Origin: Macrostomum lignano
Taxonomy: Eukaryota
NCBI GenBank assembly: GCA_002269645.1
Contig: NIVC01001670.1
Span: 145,091 to 209,090, forward strand
Direction: 5' to 3'
DNA: 64,000 nucleotides
Of the stretch, positions 48,626-59,145 are shown in pieces. The notes beneath the pieces were generated by a model. It did no database searches, was not told where the DNA came from, and worked only from the letters and a program-made list of their open reading frames with translations. How positions within the stretch are numbered: position 1 is the first letter of the stretch; each line of letters begins with the position of its first letter. Both the position numbers and the translations under genes were made by a program.

Positions 48626-51313
48626 GCAAAGCTCTACAGTGCACGCGCTTTATATCGAATATTCCGTATGTATGGTAGCCACTTATACGATTTTTGCTGC
48701 TTTTTCATACATTTCTGCTCGCTGCATCGCAACGCCTTAACCTAAAAATACGAGTCGCATGTCGTTACAGAGATAACATCAAGGCGCATTCATCCAATGC
48801 ATTTTCAAACTATGTCAACAAATTTTTTCGGCTGCTAGGCGCCAAATTATGAATTTTTACCTGTTCTGACAGGTATTCAAACAGGTATTAAGACCTGTTA
48901 ACCTAAGAATCAGTTTTCAAAACTTATTTAGTTGCATAGTGCATCCATAATGCTGTTTTTAGACACCAAACTTGAGTCTCTAGGTCTCGCCAATGCAGAG
49001 TTATTAGCAAAAGTATGCTCAAAATTTGCCCAAAAATGGCCTACTCAAAATTCGGAGCCAATTTTCTCAAAAATACGAATTTTCCAGCCATATTGGCGTA
49101 TGACCGGTGAAACTTCAGCTATTCGACTAAACAATATTGAAAATGCAGAAAAATCGGTGCGCAAAATTTCTTATTTTTCGACTTCAAAGTTTGTACCCCA
49201 AATGGGCCGTTTTTCACTTAACAGGTAAAAAGTACCTGTTAACAGGTATTTTTTCCAGAGTGTCTTGCGCTATTCGAACGGGCATCCGATGGGCTACAAT
49301 TTGACACTACACTCGAAAAAATTCGCCCAGTAATAAAAATTTTTCTTTAACAACATATGTTTTTTTGGTCGAGTCCCCCGGCCTCTTTTTTCCCCGGTTT
49401 CCGGGTCACTGCTCCGCACCGGTAGGTCCAAATGCTTAGAAAATTTAGGAAAACGAATTTCCATATGTTTGACACGTTGTGTTAAAGTCTCAACACCGTA
49501 GCTTAAAACACTTTCTTATTTTTGGAGACTACTTTTTGAAAACGTGACCCAAATTTTCAAAAACACTGTTTTTGACCCTTGTAGCCATATAGAGCAGCAA
49601 TGAATGGCCCAATCAAGCAGATCTCAGCATTTCCGAATAAAAGACATCCATTTGAGTGATTTGGGTTGAAAAATTGAAAAAATCAAGATTTGCATCTGTA
49701 TAGGATAAGCCTCTTTAAAGTGCACAAACGGTTTGTACTTTTAAAGTGCAGATAGGCAGCCATGTCAAAAGTACATTTTAGCCCAAAAAATTATAGCGCA
49801 TCTAAAAGCCCCAGGTGTTGTTGACATTAGGCAGCAGCTCAAAAGCCGCGCTATTGCGCGTCCTTTTCGCTGCAGTACGGGCAAGGTTGAAAAACATGTA
49901 CAAAAAATTGGCCGAAAAATTGCATTTTTAAAAATCAGATGCAGTTTGCTCAAAAATACGAATTTTCCAGCCATATTGGCGTATGACCGGTGAAACTTTA
50001 GCTATTCGACTAAACAATATTGAAAATGCAGAAAAATCGGTGCGCAAAATTTCTTATTTTTCGACTTCAAAGTTTGTACCCCCAAATGGGCCATTTTTCA
50101 CTTAACAGGTAAAAAGTACCTGTTAACAGGGGTTTTTTCCAGAGTGTCTTATGTCATTCAAAAGGGCATCCGATGGGCTACAATTTGACACTACACTCGA
50201 AAAAATTCGCCCCATTTTAAAAAAATTTCCTTAACAACGTTTGATTTTCTGCAGAGCCCCCGGCCTCTTTTTTCCCTGGTTTCCGGGTCACTGCTCAGCA
50301 CAGGTAGGTCCAAATGCTTAGAAAATTTGGGAAAACAAATTTCCAAATGTTTGACACGTTGTGTTAAAGTCTCAACACCGTAGCATAAAACACTTTCTTA
50401 TTTTTTGGGACTACTTTTTAAAAACGTGACCCAATTTTTCGAAAATGTCGTTTTTAGGCACTCTTTGGCACCTGGGCAGGTTATTGATGGCCCAATCGGC
50501 CAAATCTCAATGTTTCCGAATAGAAGACATCCATTTGAGTAATTTGGTGTAGAAATATTAAAAAAAAAGTTTTCCATCTCGACGCCATAGGCCTCTAAAA
50601 AGTGCACTAAAAATTTGTACTTTTAAAGTGCAGATAGGCAGCCATGTGAAAAGTACATTTTAGCCAAAAAAACTACAGCGCATCAGACAGCCTTAAGTGT
50701 TTTTAAGGCTAGGAGGCAGCTCAAAGGCCGCGCGAAAGCGCGTCCTTTTCGCTGCGGTGAGGCAAAGTTGAAAAAAATGCCAATTTTTCGACCTCAAAAA
50801 ACACGTTTTTTGTACTTTTACCTGTGAAGTGAAAGTACAATCAAAAAATCCATTTCGGATCATTTTAGCGTTCGAATGCCCGCGTCTGCTGAGCCCACTC
50901 GCTAAGCGCTGCCATATTCTCAATCCTTATTTTTTGAGATCAAATTTTTTGAGAATGTCGAAAAAACGCAGTTTTTGGTTGCCATGGCAACCAAAACGCG
51001 TCGCCATGACAACCAAACACTGCGGATCTGTTAGCCCTAGGTCTTTGACGCATTTTGGCAAAAACCGTTTGTAAATCGGTCGTACCGTTTTTTATGCGCA
51101 GCGTTTCAAAGTTGAAAAACGTCATTTTCCTATGTGACACCGTTACCCAATCTTATCAGGGACGATTTCGCAAAAGTAAGCACCATAGAAAAAAATTCTC
51201 GCTTCGCTCGCCTTTTTTTCTATGCCACTTACTGGCTCATCGTCCCACAACTAGCCAAGTCAGAGATTTTCACGAGCTTTGCGAAAATAATCTGGCACAG
51301 ACGGCATCGTCTT

Positions 51314-54300
51314 CTAGGAGCAGCAAGACTTCTTGGAGCTCTGCGATTGCTGGGCAGCGCCCGCGCCCAGGCTGACGGTGGAGCGCTGCTGCGGCAGGGC
51401 CCCGTGGCCCGCGTTGTCATCCCGGAGCTGTCTGGCGCTCGCGATGCGGTAGATGCCTGGTTTGGGGTCATTTGGGGTCAACTGGGGTCATTTTGTGGTC
51501 ATTTGGGGTCAACTGGGGTCATTTGGTGGTCAGTTGGGGTCAACTGGGGTCATTTGGTGGTCATTTGGGGTCAACTTGGGTCATTTTGTGGTTATTTGGG
51601 GTCAACTGGGGTCATTTGGTGGTCAGTTGGGGTCAACTGGGGTCATTTGGTGGTCATTTGGGGTCAACTGGGGTCATTTGGTGGTCATTTGGGGTCAACT
51701 GGGGTCATTTGGTGGTCAGTTGGGGTCAACTGGGGTCATTTGGTGGTCATTTGGGGTCAACTTGGGTCATTTTGTGGTCAGTTGGGGTCAACTGGGGTCA
51801 TTTGGTGGTCATTTGGGGTCAACTGGGGTCATTTGGTGGTCATTTGGGGTCAACTGGGGTCATTTGGTGGTCATTTGGGGTCAACTGGGGTCATTTGGTG
51901 GTCAGTTGGGGTCAACTGGGGTCATTTAGGGGTCGTTTGGGGTCATCTGCTGGCAGCGGATTCTAATGACTTTATAAAGGATTCTAATGACTTTGGGGAA
52001 GATTCAAATGACTTTGGGGAGGATTCTAATGGCTTTATGGAGGATGCTAATGACTTTGGAGAGGATTCTAATGGCTTTATGGAGGATGCTAATGACTTTG
52101 GGGGAGGATTCTAATGGCTAATGACTACTGAAAAGGTTCTATTTACTGTATATAATCAAAATATTAAAAATTTTATCCCGATATTGACAGCGAATATCCA
52201 TGGCAACACACCGGATTCCAATTACAGCCGAGTGGACTCCAAATGACTCAGCAGGACTCAAGCATCCAACAGTCTCACCTGTGAGAATCTGCACAAACGC
52301 CTCCTCAACGTTAGTGGCATCCAGGGCGCTGGTCTCCATAAAGCTGAGGTTGTTCCGCTCGGCGAAGGCTTGCGCCTCGTCGGCCGGGACAGCGCGCAGG
52401 TGGCGCAGGTCGCACTTGTTGCCAACCAGGGCAACCACGGTAGCGGGGTCGGCGTGGTCGCGGAGCTCCCGCAGCCAGCGGTCGCAGCTCTCGAATGTCT
52501 CGTGCTTGGCGATGTCGTACACCAGCAGGGCGCCCACGGCGCCGCGGTAGTAGGCGGAAGTGATGGCGCGGTACCTTGATTGATAGGTGCAAATGGGAGC
52601 GCAAACTGTTCAACTGGGTATTTTTTATTCGAGAACCGGATTGTTGGATTTAGGATCTGGATTCTTGGATTTGGGATCTGTATTCTAGGATTTGGGATAT
52701 GGATTCTTGGATTTGGGATCTAGATTCGTGGATTTGGGATCTGGATTCTTGGATTTGGGACCTGGATTCTTGGATTTGGGATCTGGATTTATAGATTTGG
52801 GATCTGGATTCTTGGATTTGGGATCTGGATTCTTGGATTTGGGATCTGGATTCTTGAATTTGGGATCTGGATTCTTGGATTTGGGATCTGGATTCTTGGA
52901 TTTGGGATCTGGATTCTTGGATTTGGGATCTGGATTCTTGGATTTGGGATCTGTATTCTAGGATTTGTGATCTGGATTTCTGGATTTGGGATCTGGATTC
53001 TAGGATTTGGAATCTGGATTCTAGGATTTGGGATCTGGATTCTAGGATTTGGGATCTGGATTTGTGGATTTGGGATCTGGATTCTAGGATTTGTGATCTG
53101 GATTTGTGGATTTGGGATCTGGATTCTTGGATTCGGAATCTGGATTCTTGGATTTGGGATCTGGATTCTTGGATTCGGAATCTGGATTCTTGGATTTAGG
53201 ATCTGGATTCTTGACTTCGGTATGCAAATTATCGGTTCCGTGTCTGCAGTCTGTTTCTGTGTCTGAAGTCTTAGCACTATACAAAATCTGATAGTGCTAT
53301 CGGTGGACCAGGGAATGCATGTACATGTATACTAAAGCTAGAAACTGTCCGTGACTAAAGCTCTTTACTCCACACACCGGCGTCAGCTCAAGCTAGCTCC
53401 GGCAAGAAGGCATACCAAGGCCAAATCAGATTTTTCAAGCCAATTAAGTTGCTAATTATAAAACACTCGAACTTACGGGCCTGCCCTGACTCCCCATCTC
53501 TCCAACCTAACTAGCAAAGCAACAGCAGCGCGCCGAGCGTAGAAAATGCAGATTGCACTGCGCCAACCCGCCTATTTGTCTGGGACACTTGAACAGCTCA
53601 ACCGGCACCTGCTAGCACAGAGCCAATGCACTGGATAGCTGGGCTATACTTGTACCATTGCAAAGCTGTTAATTATAGCCAAGACAGACATTTTCTGATG
53701 CGCGAAGGAGATCGAAATCGCAGGAAAAAACCTCCCTTTGTGAAAGGTAACCGAAGGTCTGTCCAGTGGCGTAGCCAAGTATTCCCTGACCTTGAAAATA
53801 ATTCTTACAACTTTCAACAGCAAATGTTGATGGTAACATGTAGGAATACAAATTCGGAATTCAGAAGATAAAATCTTGTCTGTGGCGCTAAACTCTTGTC
53901 TGTGGCGCTAAACTCTTGCCTGTGGTGCTAAACTCTTGTCTGTGGCGCTAAACTCTTGCCTGTGGTGCTAAACTCTTGCCTGTGGCACTAAACTCTTGCC
54001 TGTGGCGCTAAACTCTTGCCTGTGGCGCTAAACTCTTGCCTGTGGAGCTAAACTCTTGCCTGTGGCGCTAAACTCGCCTGTGGCGCTAAACTCTTGCCTG
54101 TGGAGCTAAACTCTTGGCTGTGGCGCTAAACTCTTGCCTGTGGCACTACTAAACTCTTGCCTGTGGAGCTAAACTCTTGCCTGTGGCGCTAAACTCTTGC
54201 CTGTGGCGCTAAACTCTTGCCTGTGGCGCTAAACTCTTGCCTGTGGAGCTAAACTCTTGGCTGTGGCGCTAAACTCTTGCCTGTGGAGCTAAACTCTTGG

Positions 54301-55923
54301 CTGTGGCGCTAAACTCGCCTCTTGCCTGTAGAGCTAAACTCTTGCCTGTGGCGCTAAACTCGCCTGTGGCGCTAAACTCTTGCCTGTGGAGCTAAACTCT
54401 TGGCTGTGGCGCTAAACTCTTGCCTGTGGCACTACTAAACTCTTGCCTGTGGCGCTAAACTCTTGTCTGTGGCGCTAAACTCTTGACTTTGGCGCTAAAC
54501 TCTTGCCTGTGGCACTAAACTCTTGCCTGTGGCGCTAAACTCTTGCCTGTGGCGCTAAACTCTTGCCTGTGGCGCTAAACTCTTGCCTGTGGCGCTAAAC
54601 TCTTGCCTGTGGAGCTAAACTCTTGGCTGTGGCTCTAAACTCGCCTCTTGCCTGTGGCACTAAACTCTTGCCTGTGGCACTACTAAACTCTTGCCTGTGG
54701 CGCTAAACTCTTGCCTGTGGCACTAAACTCTTGTCTGTGGCGCTAAACTCTTGCCTGTGGCACTAAACTCTTGTCTGTGGCGCTAAACTCTTGCCTGTGG
54801 CGCTAAACTCTTGTCTTTGGCGCTAAACTCTTGCCTGTGGCACTAAACGGTGCTAAACTGACACTAAAAATATTTTGTTCAGTAACTGGGAGCTGGGACT
54901 CATTGCCCCGCTGGCAAAGCAGATTCCCTTGCACCTGATTCTCTTACAATGACGTTGACTATGGTTGTTTCAAATCAAATATTCAACTCTTGAAGCCAGG
55001 TCTTAAACGTTTGACACAGAACTTGTGTATTCACCTCTCCTGCCCAGCAGTGTCCCAGATTTGGCTCTTCACAACTTTGCCATTAACCCGGATGCTGCGG
55101 GTAGCAAACTCTACACCAATGGTGGACTTGGACTCCAGGTTGAACTCATTGCGAGTGAATCTGCTGAGCAGGTTGGACTTGCCAACTCCAGAGTCGCCTA
55201 TCAGGACAACTAAAATGGAAAGTTGATATTTGTATTTAGGGGGATTCCACAATACCCATATGCAGTATTAAATCTTATAATAATATAAAAATGGTAACAA
55301 TTGAAAATAAGTAAACAACAATAAAGATCTAGAGAATAATACTTATGGTTTTGTAATTTTTAATAATAAATGCTATTAAATGAGTAGAAAAGATAAATAG
55401 CATTTTGTACTTATTAAGGAAATGATTTTTGCTATATTATCACTTCTATAAAAAAATCTCAACTGCCAAGTGGAAGAGGCAGTTGACTCTTCCACCACAG
55501 GTGCTGACCTACAGGCTGGAAGCCATCCCCATGACTGCCACTCGTGAGGCGAGCTTGGAGGCCTGCCATCATCACCTCCTGCATAATGCCCTGTGCATCT
55601 AGTTCCCCAAGCACGTGAGCAACACTGAGCTGACAGTCTAGACCCACATGCTGCCCCTGGTCACACTTTGCAGAGGCGGCGCCAGATATTGATCAGCCAC
55701 TGCCTGCGGGCCCACACACAAGGCACCAGGCCCCCACTCACTGACCTGCTGCTTAGCCCACCTTGTGGGAGACTCCACCAGGGCCAGGCGCGCTGCACCA
55801 CTCTGACTGACACTCTTCTCACTGACTTACAGGCTCTGGGCCTTACCTCTTAGTCTGCAGCTAGGCTGGACTCAGCTGTTTTCCACCAATGGGTGCTTCG
55901 CTGACCCCTGAGCCAGCATCTGT

Positions 55924-55974
<51 letters not shown>

Positions 55975-56621
55975 GTATTAATAATAATAAAAGTAAATAT
56001 GTAGATTAATATATAATCTTTGGATTTCAAAGGATTATATATATGTATTGGTTTGGTCAAAGTTAAGAATATTTATTAAGGTTAATTGTATAAGGAATTT
56101 AAAAAATATAAAATCAGAAAAAATATAGGTAAGTTTCATTTCCTCATGAAATTGTAGCATATTTAGAACTAAAATCAAACATCACCACAATCTATTTGGG
56201 TGGCATGGATTCACTAACAAAAAGTCATTATCATTAAAAATGGGTGAATGCAAATTGAAAGATAATGAGTTATGGGTAGGGAAAACATGTTAACTTAATT
56301 CCGAGACATGGATGAACCAGAATTCAGCACTCAAATAGGCTAGGAAGGCGGTGGCGTACGCAGCCCCCCCCCAATTGCCTAGGGAGGTGACTGATGGAGG
56401 TCTTGCCAGAGGCGACTAGCCAGATAGAACCCTAAAAATGTCCTTTATTGTTGCAACTTGTCGGTGCAGATGGACGATACTCCCCCTGGGCTGTTGGCGC
56501 CCCTCTTCAATGGAAAATTCTGCGTACGCCACTGCAGGAAGGGAAAAAAATCATATCATAATTTCAAAATAAAGAATGTACCTTTGAAAAGATAGTCATA
56601 TTCGTCATCCTTTGAAGTCAT
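51314..56621 (-). CDS. Rab11: Ras-related protein Rab-11; exons 56621-56582, 55209-55035, 52574-52279, 51456-51314; 217 aa
   Basis: [13 protein letters not shown]|[37 protein letters not shown]...WDTAGQER|[14 protein letters not shown]...GNKCDL...ETSALD...ILT|GIYRI...KKSCCS*; intron phases 1, 2, 1 all match; 654 nt. Confidence 0.97.
51460..52115. repeat. 31-bp (TGGGGTCAACTGGGGTCATTTGGTGGTCATT) and 21-bp (GATTCTAATGACTTTGGGGAG) minisatellites filling Rab11 intron 3
   Basis: Direct reading. Confidence 0.93.
52640..53212. repeat. 21-bp minisatellite (GGATTTGGGATCTGGATTCTT) in Rab11 intron 2
   Basis: Direct reading. Confidence 0.95.
53870..54848. repeat. 20-bp minisatellite (TGTGGCGCTAAACTCTTGCC) in Rab11 intron 2
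   Basis: Direct reading. Confidence 0.95.
55458..55992 (+). mobile_element. 5'-truncated non-LTR retrotransposon 3' end (RTE-like) with (TAA)n tail, antisense in Rab11 intron 1
   Basis: Decayed ORF2 C-terminus ([19 protein letters not shown]...; [13 protein letters not shown]...GRLHQGQAR) resembles RTE-clade C-termini by recognition; microsatellite tail at 55921-55990; no TSD seen. Confidence 0.65.
56349..56534. mobile_element. 186-bp hAT-type MITE in Rab11 intron 1
   Basis: TIRs CGGTGGCGTACGCAG / CTGCGTACGCCACTG (14/15); 8-bp TSD TAGGAAGG / CAGGAAGG (7/8). Confidence 0.85.
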
Positions 56622-59145
56622 AATGGTATAAAATAAAGCAGCTATATTTAAAATCACGTCTAGATGATTAGACTCTTTAAACTACTTTTGCCTTTTCCTC
56701 CTTCCTAGATCCTAACTCCTACAGATAAAAAATTTCCTGGATTAAAAATCTGTTTCCTTGAAAACGACAACTTAAAATATAGCACTTTAGAACTGTAAAA
56801 CAAAAATCCACACTTATGATGACTTCTCTTACAGATTTTACATAAAAGTGCAAATGTATTTTACTAAAATTTATTCGAATATTCCTATTAATGAGCTAGT
56901 TGCACAAACAGTTTTACTTGCTTTTTATTGCTTTTCTGTTTTATCCGCTGCTTTTCTTCGAAACGAACCGATAAGCTAGCTTTGATTTTCTCAGCGTTTC
57001 AACCTATTACATGTAGGCCCTATTGCTTTTTATGTTTCAAATTTCAAATCATTAAAAAATTATTGATCTGTCGGCCATAGAGTAGAGTGTATACCCTTGC
57101 ACTCGAATGACACTTGTCTGTCGCTGTAAGTCGTGTAAGACAGATAGACGTGACATTTCTGGGGATTCTAGCGCAATGGAATTAAATCTGGAATTGTCTA
57201 GTTAGGGCCTATTTAAAAGTTACAATACAATTATATCAGGATAAGTTTATTTAAATGTTTAAAATGCCAAAGAAATTTTCTATATTCACAATTGAGCTAC
57301 ATTTTTAGATATTATAGGTCTATCTTGTCATTCCTTTTCTTTAATTGTCTTGTATATTTCACTTGCTCTTTAGCTAGTCGTAATGCCTAGGCTATGAATG
57401 ATTATTGTATAATATTTTATTTGATATAGTAATAATTTTATAATTATTGAGATTCTTGGAATAATTTACTGTCAAATCTAGCTTATAGATGTTCTATCTA
57501 TTAAACAAGTAGTCTATAAACTTTTGCAACTTTTCTAAGTCAAAGTGTGACAGTGTAATTCAAAGAAGCATATGTACAAGTATTGTATTTCCTTATCTTG
57601 TATGCATGCTGTGCTAGTGATACTTGTATTCTTTTATATTTTAACAATATTCTATATGTATTATTATTGTAGTAATGTTACAATTGAATCTATAGTTTGT
57701 TTGTGGCCTTGTATGTATTTATTCTAGTATTATTTGTATTTCTTGCATATTGAATTATTTCTTGTAAAGTAGTTCCATTTATCTATGTACATGTATTGAC
57801 ATTCTAATAATCCTGCATAATACTTGTATTTTATCAATCATATTTTATTATATTGTGCCTAAGAGGGGTCTAGTTTTTGGATTAAGCTTGTTGTTATCTT
57901 GTTTACTTACCAATTATAAATATACTCTTGCAGTCAGCAGCCACTCTTTTCCTTTGTTTATTTGCTTTGCTTTTTGCCTTAAGCTTGAGGGTGATCAAAT
58001 AAATTACCAGTCTATATAACTAAATTTACAAAAATTTTGCTATGGGTAAAATCAGCTGCTAATCTGCTAGATTATATGTTAATCCAATTATTTGCTAAAT
58101 AATAAAAAAGCTGTCCTCCCACTTTATTTGTCACAAAAGATTTTTTTCAAGTTAAACAAAATTTAAGTTGTCTCTTTTTAAAAATTATCCTAAATTATAT
58201 GCACTTATCTATCCTTCAACACTATGCCTGTATTTAATTTAATACTAAATTTTAATACTAAAATACACTCTAAAGTCCAATGTTTATGGCTCTCTTATTT
58301 TGTGTTTAAATAAGCAACTAATTCTTTTGAGTACTTCCATGGGTATGTAGTCATTTTTTCTGCTACCTTTGCTAACTATATTGTATTTTTGCAGACAAGA
58401 GAGGTAGACAAACTGGAAGCAGACAAAATGACTATCAGCCCCTCTATGAGTTTTTAGAATTAAAAAATCTTAGTGAGCTAGACTAGGCAAATAACTTATT
58501 TTAACTTATTTAGGGCCAGAATCTTGAATAGAGGCAAACAGGATCATAAAAACCTATGAAGGCATAGTATTTTTAGTAATCAAAGTAAAAAATGAAGCTT
58601 ATGCTATGTTTCTTTGATGCAAAAGATATTTTGCATCTAGAGTTTCTACCTCAAGGCTAAACCAATAATTAACATATATGCAAAAAGATTTTGCAATGTC
58701 TACTTTGCTCAGTATAAGACAAGAGGCAAGCTTTGTGGCAAATAAACTTAGTTTTTTATTAGCATACATCCCTTGTTGTTAGATACATGCTTATAAAATT
58801 TAAAATAAAAGATTGTTTATTATTGCTATTAATAATTCTAAGATTTTTTTTTATTTGTAACAATATCAGTAGTATGTAACTATTTTTAAAAAGTAGTTAA
58901 AATTTTAGTTTGAAATAAAAAATTGCAAAATGTAGAATTAATTGTTAGCAAATATTAAGATTCATCAAAGTTATATTTTGGTTGAGATTCTTAAAGTAAT
59001 GTAAGTTGACAACAATAGTCAGGCTTTTAACTTTTTGATGCTTTTTTCACAGAAGCCAAGCTGTTTTTACTTTATTTGAAATAAAAAATAGGAACAATAA
59101 AATTAAGATGAGCGAACTGTGAGCTGCCTACTGAAAGTAAGTAGC

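Larger units (their letters stand above)
47182..51250 (-). mobile_element. Non-autonomous Helitron/Helentron-like element, copy B (4069 bp), head-to-tail with copy A
   Basis: Same termini as copy A; related but diverged interior; about 0.88-kb internal duplication (49066 vs 49949). Confidence 0.72.

Noticed and set aside
45740-51140. Short ORFs repeated in both Helitron-like copies as RepHel remnants
   Set aside because: No HUH, helicase or endonuclease motifs; they recur only because the DNA is duplicated
53763-53776. CAGTGGCGTAGCCA as a hAT MITE end
   Set aside because: No matching opposite TIR or TSD found
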